Assembly (NCBI RefSeq): GCF_018350175.1 | Contig: NC_058368.1 | Span: 115,694,001 to 115,758,000, forward strand | Source: Felis catus | Lineage: Eukaryota | DNA length: 64,000 nucleotides | Reading direction: 5' to 3' | Part shown: positions 12,431 to 24,137 of the stretch, in pieces | Layout of the letters: each line of letters opens with the position of its first letter | How positions within the stretch are numbered: the stretch's first letter is position 1 | The notes under the pieces: model-generated | Seen by the model: the letters and a program-made list of their open reading frames with translations, nothing else | Database searches by the model: none | Told to the model about the DNA's origin: nothing | Translations under genes and position numbers: made by a program

Positions 12431-13339
12431 TGGTGGGAGGGACTGAGGAGGGGGCTCCTTATTTTTCTAGAGATGAGGGGCTGACCTGTCTTTACTTCCC
12501 TCTCCATCGGGGGGAGGTAGACAATATGAGGGCTCTGTCCTCTGTCCATGTGCAGCACCAACCCCCCCCCCCCCTTTCTGGCTAGGAAACCAGGAACAGG
12601 TCCTGGTCAGGGCAGGAGACCCTCACTGGCCAAGGGACATCTCTGATCTAAGTCCTGGCTGTGAAAATGACACAATGATCCAGGCTTGAGGGGCTGTTGT
12701 GAGGGGGCATTGAGGGACTGCTAGGGAAGTGCTATCCTGGTCTGTGGTGTGAGTGCAAGCCCAGTGACTTCCAGTGCCCACACAATGTCCACCAGTACCC
12801 CCCACTTCTCACCGATAAATGCCCAAGTCCCCAGTACCTGCCAAGAACTGTCCTAATGTCCCTTTACCTTCTTGGTCATGCCGTATCCCCGAAACCCATT
12901 CAAAGCTTCCCCCTGTGGGCTCAGTGACACCCCAAGTTGTCATCCAATGCCTTTTGTACTCAACATTTTCCCAGTGCCTCCCAGTACTTCCAAGTACCCA
13001 CTTGCTATGTAATTGTTATCCATTCTCCCCTTATGCTTACTCAGTATTTTCAAATATCCATTTAACACCCTCCCCAATTACTACCCAGTAACTATACGGC
13101 GCTTTCCTTCCAGTTTAGGCTTGGTGCCCCTTAATACCCCGCGGGATGACCCACTGCCCCTAGTACCTGCCTAGTGGCCCCTAGTGCCCTTCTGTTATTC
13201 ACCCGGTACTTTGCATATCCAGTGTAGATCCCAGTACCTTCCCAGCACTCCTCTTCACCCAGTGCCACTACAACCTCAGTCTGCCCAGTGTACTCCCACT
13301 ACGCACCTCCCGCTCCCCTCTCTGCTTCCTAGTAAATCC

Positions 13340-13790
13340 CCCTTATCCTCCTGCCTCCCCGCACTGCCCCTGCTAGAGCTCCGCCAGGCCGCAGTGCTCG
13401 TTGAGACCAGGAGAGGGCGCATGAACGGTCAGCCAAAGACAAGCTGCGGGCGCGGCCGGGGTGGAGGTCGAGAGGCTGCATCCGAGGCTGTTGTCTTACG
13501 GAGCCTAAGTCCAAGCCCAGCGGGGGGCTGCATTTCGGGGGAATGTGACGCACCCCACCCTCATCCTCTGTTAGCCCCGCCGGGTTCGTTGCCACAGCCG
13601 TCGTGGCTTCGGCTCTGGGAGGGGGCGCGCGCCCTCTGGTGGCCACAAAGCAGCTCAGCTCTCCGGGCTGCTGCGCGGGGACAGGGAGGTGCGTTCCTTC
13701 CCTTCCTTCTCCACGTCCTAGTTTATTGGGCCTGTCCTTGAGGTGGTACGCGGAGGGGGTGGGGGTGGAGCGTTGGGATTGTCGGCAATC
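13340..13790. promoter_or_regulatory. CpG island with CTCF motifs
   Basis: Dense CpG; TGGCCACCAGAGGGCGC on the minus strand at 13629-13645; CCAGGAGAGGGCGC on the plus strand at 13407-13420. Confidence 0.6.
13629..13645 (-). promoter_or_regulatory. CTCF core motif
   Basis: Reverse complement reads TGGCCACCAGAGGGCGC, near-identical to the consensus TGGCCACCAGGGGGCGC. Confidence 0.7.
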
Positions 13791-16319
13791 CAGCCTCCTC
13801 TCTGGGGGCAAGACAGAGGGAATGGAGACTGGGATGAAAGGAGAATATTGGCTAGGAAGCTTGGGACTGAGGGTCCCTGGAAAGGGACTGTGGGAGCAGA
13901 ATGGTGGGAGGTGGGGGGAGCGCTGAATCTGCCAAGAAATGGGTCTCTCCTCGTGGATCAAGCAATTTGGGCTTTTATCTCGTGTGCTGCCTACAGAAGG
14001 TTTGGGGAATGATAAGGGGGTGGTGGTAGGGTGAGGTGTCTCCATGCCAAGCCTGGCAGCTCCTGCCTGGCCCTAAACGCTTCACAATGGGATCTGCTTT
14101 CATCGACCTACTCCTGGACGACCCCATTATGGCCTCTGCCCACCTGCCTGGGCGTGTTCCCTAATCTGCAGCAGTCCTGGAGGTTTCTTCTCCTCTGTGT
14201 AATGGGGAAATAGATGGAGCTAAGCCAGAGGAACCCAGGTTAGACTCCTACAGTCTGTACTGAATTGGAGTGACCTTAGTTTATAGGACCATCCAGGGTC
14301 AGGTCTGTAATCTTGTGCCCATCTGTGATCTGGCTTGAAGACAGCACTCAGGGAGCCTCTGCTCAGTGGATTAGTGAGTGAGGTCCTTCGAGATGCCTTT
14401 TGCATTTTCTTCCTCACTGCATGGATGAGGAAACTGAGGCGCCTAGGAAGTAAATAATTATTCCAGGATCGCCAAGAATGGATGGTTTGGCGGGAATGTG
14501 AGAAAGAGCACTGGCCAGTCTGGGTTTGGTCTCCATTCTGATACTCGCTGAAGGAGCTTGGCCCACCCCTTCTAAGCTCGATCTCCTCATTTATAAATGG
14601 AGAATAACCACTCTACTTCCTTCCTTGTGAGGAATCTGATGATGATGTTGGGGAGAATTATAATGATTATAGGTGCTGTTGTTCTGAGTGCTTATGCCAG
14701 GTGCCATGTAAAGTGACTCAGCACATGAGATCCAAGAGGTTATTATACTAGGTTGACAAAGGCTCAGGGCCTTCCTGAAGAGGCTCTCAGTGACGACCAG
14801 CTCACAGGCAGAGTGACAAAGCCCTTACCAGGCCTGGTGCCAGACTCTAGGCCTCCAGGATGAGCTCCAGAGCTCCTCTGCTGGTGCTTGGGCTGGAGGC
14901 AGGGGGAGGGACAAGATGACCTTGGGCTGTCTCCTGTGCAATGCTCCCATGTTCCTAGGCCTGGATCAGATTTCCGGCCCCCGGGAGGGCAGAGGGGGCT
15001 AGTTGATGGAAGAAGCATGTGTCCTGGCCCGGGCAGCTGGACCTGGGGGCCTTGCCCTGGAACCTGGGGCCTTTCCTGCAGAGGGAATATCCAAGAGCAG
15101 GAAGGAAGGAAGTGGGGAGGGGGAGGAAGGAGGGGTGGGAGAAAGGACGGGACAGGCCCCAGCTGGGAGTGAGTTCTCTCTGAGGCTGGCCAAGGAAAGA
15201 AGACGGCTGCATTGGCCTGGCTGAGGCTGTTGGGTTGGTCACCCTGGCTGGAGCTTGGATGTGTGTGTGGTGGGGGCAAGAAAAGAAGATGAGTCTCCTC
15301 ATCTGTGTAACAGGTAGAACACTGCCTTCCGGACTGGATGGGTATAAACAATAAGGTCAGGAATGTAAAGGAGGTGGGGCCTGGAACATAGCAGGTGCCT
15401 CAAGTCTGTTAGCTCCCCCTACCTGTCCTGGCTGCCCTGGCTGTGAGAAAATAGACAGCTCAAACAGAGGCCAGTGAACTCATGCATCCTCTCAACAACC
15501 ACTACTGAATACCTACTATGTGTTGGGTCTGGGGCTATTAACCTGATTAAGAGTCAGTCCTTGCCCTTACAGAGCCCGTCGACACTGAGGGGAGGGATGT
15601 GTCACCAGGCAGTGATGGGGGGGCGGGGAGCACAGGGCCTGTGACAGTCCAGGGGAAGAGCCTGACCCAGCCTGGGGAGGTGAGAGAAGACTACTTGGAG
15701 GAGGTGATATTCATGTCTGGGCCCAAAGGATGAGTATGCATTAGCCAGAAGAAGGGGCATAGTGAGTGTGTGTGTGTGTGGGGGGGAGTTCTAGGGAAGG
15801 GCAGGTCCCAAGCCGATGGTTCAGGAAGAACAGGGCTATGGCTGCAGCAGAATGTGTGGCAATGAGCCGTGCTTGGAGGGGAGGCAGAGACTTGGTGCTC
15901 AGGGATAGGGCTGGGATTTCATCCCGAGGGCGCTGGGGAGCCACAGAAAGTTCTAAGTAGGTATGGCATGGTTAGAATCGGAATAAGGCCCAAGAAAGGG
16001 CACTCAGGGCCTCCATGTTGTGCCCTGCCACCTCTGTGCCCTCATCCCTCATGGTTCCTTGATGGGGAGCAGGCAGGCTAGAGCACCACAGCCCCCTAGT
16101 AACCCCTCAGGTTTTCCTACCCTCTTCTTTGCCAATCCTCTCCCCTACGTGGACATTATATCCCTTGGATAAGCCAACACCTTACTCTGACCATGAAGCC
16201 CCATCACAGGGAAAGATCAAGCAACCCTCAGTCTCTTTTCCTTGCAGTCCTTCTTATGAGTCAGACAAAGGTAGAGAGTGTTGGGAGGATGCGGGCAAAT
16301 CAAATGAAGTAAACAGTTG

Positions 16320-16727
16320 AGTTAGTTTGTACAGTGTTTCCACTGCTCAGGTGAAAACGAAGTACAGGAGTATGCACAAGCTTCACAATACAAATTGCAT
16401 AATTTTGGTGATTCTGCAAACGAGTGAAATGTCCTTATATTTGCATTTTAAAACTGGCATTGCACAACATAAAGATGAATGGTAAAATTCATGGTAGCCG
16501 TTTAAGTTTTTAATTTTTCTTTACTTAGAATGACATTATGTAGCAAATAAAAAAACACATCATGTCAAGTTGATAGACCACACGGGAAAGGAAAAAGCTT
16601 TATATGTATTTAGTTTTATATTTGAGTGTCTTTAATATTTAAGCGCCTTGAATGCATTCCCTTGCTCTTTGGACAAGGGGTTCCACATCCACGTTTTTTG
16701 CTGGGTCCTGCAGTGTAACCAGTCCCA
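16320..16727 (+). mobile_element. MER45-like hAT DNA-transposon remnant
   Basis: AT-rich block whose end (ttggacaaggggttccac...ctgggtcctgcag...accagtcc) resembles the MER45 terminus as recalled. Confidence 0.5.
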
Positions 16728-16885
16728 GGAGGAAGACCCCTTGTGTCCACATTACGGGGTGGACCTGTGAGGGCGGGACCCAGGACTGCCCACCCCTGGG
16801 CATTCCCTCTGTGATGCAGCCAGCGTGGTGGATCAGGCTCTCAATTCCCTGGGCCCAGGACTGCAGGTAGAAATGGATGTGCCTT

Positions 16886-17098
16886 GGGGCACCTGGGTGG
16901 CTCAGTCGGTTAAGCAGCTCAGGTCACGATCTCGCGGTCCGTGAGTTCGAGCCCCGCGTCGGGCTCTGTGCTGACAGCTCTGAGCCTGGAGCCTGTTTCA
17001 GATTCTGTGTCTCCCTCTCTCTGAGCCTCCCCCGTTCATGCTCTGTCTCTCTCTGTCTCAAAAATAAATAAAAAAAAAGTTAAAAAAAAAAAAAAAAA
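16886..17098 (+). mobile_element. SINEC_Fc-type Can-SINE with 16-bp TSD
   Basis: ggggcacctgggtggctcagtcgg head, CT tract, A tail; TSD AGAAATGGATGTGCCT at 16869-16884 and 17099-17114. Confidence 0.95.
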
Positions 17099-17942
17099 AG
17101 AAATGGATGTGCCTCCTTTTGTATAATATGCCTCCCAACTGGTGAAGACCTAAGCCCTCCCTGGGGGTCCTGTTCTCTCCTGGTGTGCCACAGTCCAGGG
17201 TTTGGGGCAGCGAAGGGCATTTGGGGGAAGCCAGCTTCCTCAGGCCTGAAGATGATGCCATCTGTGGCCTTTGAGGGCATCTTCACTGACTATCAACCTG
17301 CCCTCCAGCCTGGCAAGCCCCATGGGTTCCTGGTTCCTTCCCTTTAAGATGGGGCTTCCCAAAGACAGGGCCTGCAGACGGGCCTCAGAAATAGGCTGTG
17401 GTGAAGCTGGAGAGGGGCTTCTGTCTTCCCTCTTCCGTCAGCTGTCCCCACCTGGGTGAGGGAGAGGGCATGGGTTCCATCTCCTCTGCTTGCTTTTGAG
17501 GGATAGAGAAGGGAGGAATGAAAACCCCTTGGCAGTGATCAGCCAGCAACCCGTTGCCTGTAGGAGGCCCTCAAGCTTGAGGCACAGGAGTGGTGGTGGG
17601 AGCACAGCGAGGTGGGAAGAAAGGGCCTTGTCAGACTGGCTCCTTGAGGAAGGCAGGGGAAGTGGGCAGCACAGGGTGGTTAAGACTCCTATGGTGTGAT
17701 TCTTTGAGCTGATCCATAAGAAGCAGTCAGTGCACTTAGCTGTTGCCATTCACAGAAACTTACCTGTTGGGAGGAGGAGGTTGGTGAATTGGGACCTCCC
17801 ACCTCTGCCACCAGGAATGCCCTCCATGCCCTCTTCCTCTCCCGGTCTTCCTCATTTCCTCTCCACCCTGCTTCCCCTTTCTCTCACTGCTTTTCCTCTA
17901 ACATACCAGGCTTGTGCCCACCTCAGGGCCTTTGCACTTGCT

Positions 17943-17999
17943 TTTTTGGGAGGTGGGGAGAGAGAGAAAGTGTACATGAGCTCACGAGCAGGGGAAAGG

Positions 18000-18049
<50 letters not shown>

Positions 18050-18170
18050 CTCAAGCAGGCTCCATGCCCAGAGCCCCCACAGACAAGGGGCTTGATCTCA
18101 CAACCATGAGGTCATGACCTGAGCCTACCTCAAGAGCTGGATGCTTAACTGACTGAGCCACTCAGCCCCC
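17943..18170 (-). mobile_element. Can-SINE with expanded (GA)n
   Basis: Reverse-complement SINE body (gactgagccac, cttgatctcacaaccatgag) with a (GA) run at about 18003-18046. Confidence 0.85.
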
Positions 18171-18669
18171 CCCCCCCCCCGGCCCCGCCCTGCACCTGCT
18201 TTTCATTTTGTCTGTAACTCTGGTCTCCTAGCTACTTGATGACTGACTTTATTGTTTCTTGGGTCTTAGCATAAATGTCACCCCCAGGATGGTGCACCCC
18301 ACTGCCCAGCTGACATCTCTCTGGTGAAGCCACTCTTACATTTCATTGTTCTAATTTTCCTCGCAGTGCTTGATAGGTGGTAATTTTGTTTACTTGTTCA
18401 CTGTCTTTCTCCCCTCCCTGCAGGCTGTGAGCCTCAGGCCTTCCCCTTGTCTGTCTTGTTCCCCCATGTCCTCAGTGAGTGGCAGCACATAGTAGGTATA
18501 CTGCACAGAGAGCGCCCTGCTTTTATTTTACAGTTTAGTTCACAGTTTAATGAATGAGGTGGGATTAAACAAGCCGACACATGCTTGCTACATGTTTTTT
18601 TTTTTTTTTTTTTGCTGTTGTTGTTTTTAATTGTGGTAAGATACAACATAACATGAAAATTACCATCTT

Positions 18670-18870
18670 GGGGGACGCGTGGGTGGCTCACTTGTTTCAG
18701 CATCCAACTCTTGGTTTTGGCTCAGGTCACGATCTCGTGGTTTGTGAACCGAGCCCCACAATGGGCTCTACGCTGATGGTGTGGAGCCCGCTTGGGATTC
18801 TCTCTCTCCCTCTTTCTCTGCCCTTCCCTTGCTTGTGCTCTTTCTCAAAATAAATAAAAACTTAAAAACA
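18670..18870 (+). mobile_element. Can-SINE
   Basis: ggggacgcgtgggtggctc head, CT tract, aaataaataaaa tail. Confidence 0.9.
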
Positions 18871-19098
18871 AAATTGACCATGTTAACGATTTTTTTTTTA
18901 TCTTAACCATTTTTCAGTTCAGTGGCATTAAGTACATTCACACGGTTATGCAACCATCACCACCATCCATCCCTGAACTCTCTTCATTTTTCACAATCGA
19001 AATGCTGTACCCATTAAACACTAACTCCCCATCCCTCCACTTCCTCAGCCCCTGGCAACACCATTCTACTTTTTGTCTCTATGAGTTTGACTATTCTA

Positions 19099-19322
19099 TT
19101 TTTTTTTAATTTTTTTTTTCAACGTTTATTTATTTTTGGGACAGAGAGAGACAGAGCATGAACGGGGGAGGGGCAGAGACAGAGGGAGACACAGAATAGG
19201 AAACAGGCTCCAGGCTCCGAGCCATCAGCCCAGAGCCTGACGCGGGGCTCGAACTCCTGGACCGCGAGATCGTGACCTGGCTGAAGTCGGACGCTTAACC
19301 AACTGCGCCACCCAGGCGCCCC
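19099..19322 (-). mobile_element. Young SINEC_Fc inserted in the tail of an older short SINE (about 19323-19409)
   Basis: CpG-intact body ending gcgccacccaggcgcccc; outer TSD gactattcta flanks both elements. Confidence 0.9.
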
Positions 19323-19569
19323 TAAAATTTATTTTTAAGTCATCTTTACACCCACAAGTCTAAGGTCAAGAGTCACATGCTCCACTGACTGAACCAGCCA
19401 GGCACCCCACGTTCGACTATTCTAGATAGCTCATATAAATGTAATTATACAGTATTTATATTTGTGACTGGCTTATTTTACTCAGGATTATGTACTCAGG
19501 GTTCATCCATGTTGTGATTGTCAGAATTCCCTTACTTAAAAAAAAATTTTTTTTTTCAATTTTATTATT

Positions 19570-19827
19570 TTAAAAAATTTTTTTTAAGGTTTATTTATTT
19601 TTGAGACAGAGAGAGACAGAGCATGAACGGGGGAGGGTCAGAGAGAGGGAGACACAAAATCTGAAACAGGCTCCAGGCTCTGAGCTGTCAGCACAGAGCC
19701 CGACGCGGGGCTCGAACTCACGGACCGTGAGATCATGACCTGAGCCGAAGTCGGACGCTTAACCGACTGAGCCACCCAGGCGCCCCCCAAAAAATTCTTT
19801 TTATAATGTTTATATTTATTTTTGAGA

Positions 19828-19881
<54 letters not shown>

Positions 19882-20027
19882 ATGAGCAGGAGAAGGGCAG
19901 AGAGAGAGAGGGAAGCAGGCTCCAAGCTCCTACCTGTCAGCATGGAGCCCAATGAGGAGCTCGAACTGCAAGCTCATGACCTGAGCCAAAGTCGGACGCT
20001 TAACCGATGGAGCCACCCAGGTGCCCC
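19570..20027 (-). mobile_element. Two tandem Can-SINEs (about 19570-19788 and 19797-20027)
   Basis: Two reverse SINE bodies sharing the outer TSD agaattccctt (19523-19533 and 20028-20038). Confidence 0.9.
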
Positions 20028-20493
20028 AGAATTCCCTTCCTTTTTAAGACTGAATAATATATCCATTTTATGTACACACCACAGTTGGTTTATCCATTCA
20101 TCCATCAATGGACACTTGGGTTGTTTCCCTCTCTCGGCTATTGTGAATAATGCTGCTATGAATGTGGGTGTACAAAAATCTCTTGGAGACCTTGCTTTCA
20201 ATTCTCTTGTGTATATACTCAGAAGTGGAATGGTTGGATCATATGGTAATTTTATTTTTAGCTTTTTGAGGAACCACCATACTGCTGTGGACAGCAGCTG
20301 CGCCCTTTTACATTCCTACCAGCGGTGCACAAGGGTTCCAATTTTTCCACATCCTTGCCAACCCTTGTTCTTTCCTTTTTTTTTTTTAATAGTAGCCACG
20401 CCCAAACGGGTGTGAGGTGATGCCTCGCTGTGGTGTTGATTGGCATTTCTCTAATGATTAGGGTACACATTTTTTTAGAATTATTTAAAACAA

Positions 20494-20709
20494 TTTTTTT
20501 TTAATGTTTGTTTATTTTTGAGAGAGAGACAGAGCACGAGTGGGGTAGGAGCAGAGAGAGAGAGAGAGAGGGAGACACAGAATCAGAAGCAGGCTCCAGG
20601 CTCTGAGCTGTCAGCACAGAGCCTGATGCAGGGCTTGAACTCACAAACCGTGAGATCATGACCTGAGTCAAGGCTGGACGCTCAGCCGACTGAGCCACCC
20701 AGGTGCCCC
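20494..20709 (-). mobile_element. Can-SINE
   Basis: Reverse SINE body ending gagccacccaggtgcccc. Confidence 0.9.
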
Positions 20710-20741
20710 CTAGGATACGCGGTTTGAAGATAACATGTTTT

Positions 20742-20991
20742 TTTTTTTGTTTTGTTTTTTTTTTTTTTTAATTTTTTTTTTTCAACGTTTATTTATTTTT
20801 GGGACAGAGAGAGGCAGAGCATGAACGGGGGAGGGGCAGAGAGAGAGGGAGACACAGAATCGGAAACAGGCTCCAGGCTCTGAGCCATCAGCCCAGAGCC
20901 TGACCCTGACGCGGGGCTCGAACTCACGGACCGCGAGATCGTGACCTGGCTGAAGTCGGACGCTTAACCGACTGCGCCACCCAGGCGCCCC
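20742..20991 (-). mobile_element. Young SINEC_Fc with 16-bp TSD
   Basis: CpG-intact body, long T tail, TSD GAAGATAACATGTTTT starting at 20726 and 20992. Confidence 0.95.
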
Positions 20992-23469
20992 GAAGATAAC
21001 ATGTTTTAAGAGAATGAAGGGTAGGGAGCCTCTTAACTCTGGTGGTCTGGAAGGAGGTGGTATTTAAATTTAGAAGGGAAGGAGGCAGCCAGTGGAGGAT
21101 CTGCAGGAAGAACATTCCAGTAAGTGCAGGGGGCAGGCTGAAGTGTGAGTGAGCGCTGCATATTTTTGCTGGGGAAATAGTGAACAAATAATGGGCAAGA
21201 GGATGGTGATGGGAGATGTGGTCTGAGGGGTGGGTAGGGCTTTAGCCCTTGTAAAGGAGTTTGTATATGCAGTTTATAGTATGCACTGGTTTCCTCAAGT
21301 CACGTGGAGGAGGGGAGACATAGGGGACAGAGGGATGGACGGAGGGAAAAACGGGCTGATTGGGGGATGACGTTGCTGTGTGTGTGTGTGTATCTGGACA
21401 GTGTGCGCGGTGCTTGTGGCTGTGTGCCTGTGTACATACATGTGCATGGAGGCCTGAGGGGGGTGTGTGTGTGTGTGTGCACGTGTGTGGACACTCCCAG
21501 AAGCCTCGGATCGTTATGTGATCTCTCTCAAGAATGTGCTGTGTCCACTTCCCTTTAGCCCACAATGGCCGCCCCAGCCAGGAGGGCACCGTGCTGCTTC
21601 CCAGGCTCCTACAACCGGCCTGGAACCAGCAAGAAGGACGCGGAGCCATACCTAGGGGTTGAGCCTCGTCTCTGAGAATGACGACCAGTGTTTGAAGTTT
21701 TGAAGGCCAGAGCTTGTGTGTCTGAGACCGGGAGAGGCCTCCAAGCCACTCCTTTGCGAGGCAGCAAGGGGCAAGGGGGCGAACGGCTGGGCAAGCAGGG
21801 CCGGCTGCTGCAGTACCGATAAGGGCCGCACGGGGGCAGCAGGGGACGCTGAGCGAGGAGAGGAGGCGGGAGTAAGGGATGAGAGAGGAAGGGTAGGGTG
21901 CACAGAGGGGCGGAGCTCTGTGGTTTGTTTCCAGGTGGCTGGGTGTAAGAAAACAAAGTGAAGCCAGGAGCTCATCACCGTCTCAGTGGCGTTGCATTTT
22001 ATCCTCACAGGCCCAGAGAAGTGGAGTCACTTGCCCAAGGTTTTTCAGTACGGGGATTCAGACTAAGCCTGCCTGACCGCTCTGCCTGTGCTCTAACCAC
22101 TGCCCCACCCTGAATGAGTTCATCTGCAGGGGAGTACCGGCTTGTTCATCTGTCTCCTGGCCTCACCCGGCCCCCACCACTCCCTGTCTCATCAGACCAC
22201 CCTCCTGCTTTGGGCAGGGCCTTGCAGGCTGGGAAAGGAAGCTGGGACTTGAGACCCCTTCCTGAGGACCCCAGGAGGAGCGGTTCAGATGCATGCCTAC
22301 ATCAACAGGGTATCAATGGCACAGTAATATCAGGTCTCTTTCCAACCTTCCCCCTATGCTTTGGGCTGGGGAGGTTCTAGAAAATCTGGCTGAACCCCTG
22401 GCCTGCCTCTGGGGCCCCCCGCCACCTCTGCTGGATTTCCTCTAATTACTAGGCCTAATTCCCTAGGACTGTAAGCTGAAATACAACCAGAGTCCCCCTC
22501 AAAAAAATACACCCCCCCACTCCCCTCCCTCATATAAGTGTGTGACTAGCAGTTTGGCCGTCCCTGGGAAAAGAAAAAAACATGGATGGTTTCAGCTGAG
22601 ACCATTGAACAGAGGGGCAGAATGAAGCCCTGAGAGGGGCAGGCAATCATCCAGGATCATGTAGCAAAGCAGGGGCTGAGGCCTTGTTCATTTTTGTCCA
22701 GAAAGGACTAAAGGCTCTAGACAGGGAAATCAGTAAGATATATCCCCACAGGTTGGAGACTGAGGGGTCAGAAGCACAGTGATCTGGCTTCCTCCTCCAG
22801 AAAGTCTGCCCTGACCATCTCCTCTGCCACTAGTATGAGAAATGACCTCAGAGTTCCCTTGACATTTTGTCTGGTCAGGGTGGCTGACAAGATTGTCTGA
22901 GTCGCTTTAAGCAACCTCAGAGACCCTCAGGCCTTTCTCTCAGTCAGCCTAGAAATCCCTTCTCTAGCCCTCCTAGCAGACAGCTGCCTATCCTACTTGC
23001 ATACCTCATATGACAGGGAGCTCACTGCCTTAAAAGGCAGCCTGTTCCATTGTAAGACCACTCCTTCCAATGAGAACAGACTGGCCTTCTTCTGCTGTTG
23101 GAGCTAGCACACACCGTGGAACAGAGAGCGTGTGCCCCCAGAGAAGTCCCCCCGCAAGATCCAGTTACACCATGAACTCTCCCCTTAACTCAAGCATCAG
23201 TTGTATCCAACTGGTGGCACTGGAGGTGTCCAGGAATGAGGGGGTGTGTCCCCAGGGAGATGCAAGGGGAAATGAGACAGTGTGTGCAGATGGGAAATGG
23301 AGATTTCCTTGGAAATAGGACAGCAGGGCCAGCGTGATAAGGAGAAACTAAAGCCCCCAAGAGCTGCAGGGATTAGGATGGGGCGGTGCACTGAGTAGCC
23401 TGTGTCACAGGGTGGGGCCTTTAGTGAAGGGCAGAGTAACTCCGGAGACCTGCTTTCCCTTCCCAACCA

Positions 23470-24106
23470 TGTGTGTAGAGTGTCTTTCCATTTCGGCAGG
23501 TATTTGTGGCATACCATCTTAATTGCTGCATAATACTCCGGTGCATAAAGACATCATGATTTCTTTAACCACCGCCCAACTTCAGGACATTTGGTTACAT
23601 CTTTTTGCCATTTTGCAGTGAACATCCTTGTAGCTCTATTTTTACCCACTTCTCTCTGTATTTTCTTAAGACGAAGGATAACTTCCTAACAATGGAACTG
23701 CTGGATTGAAGAGCAGGAACATTTTAAGGCTTTTTTTTTTTTTAATGTTTATTTATTCTTGACAGAGAGAGACAGAGCATGAGCGGGGGAGGGGCAGAGA
23801 GAGAGGGGGGACACAGAATCCGAAGCAGGCTCCGGGCTCTGAGCTGTCAGCACAGAGCCAGAGGCGGGGCTCAAACCTGTGAACCGTGAGATCATGACCT
23901 GAGCAAGCCAGATGCTTAACCGACTGAGCCACCCAGGCACCGCGACATTTTAAGGCTTTTGATACATGTTGACAGATTTTTTTTTTCCTTAAAAGATGGC
24001 ACCATATTTGACTCCTAACAGTGGTATGAACATGCCTGTTTCTCCACACCCTAACCATTGGTTGTCTTTTCTTTTTTTAATGTTTGTTGGTTGGTTGGTT
24101 GGTTGG

Positions 24107-24137
<31 letters not shown>

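Larger units (their letters stand above)
18620..20465 (-). mobile_element. Old L1 (L1M-class) 3' fragment interrupted by five Can-SINEs
   Basis: Typical antisense L1 3' text: ttaattgtggtaa, cagttcagtggcattaagtacattcac, ccattctactttttgtctctatgagtttgact, tccattcatccatcaatggacacttgggttg, ttgaggaaccaccatactg. Confidence 0.85.

Noticed and set aside
19822..20470. ORFs resembling the L1 ORF2 C-terminus and SINE translations
   Set aside because: Fragments of a decayed L1 and SINEs, not genes
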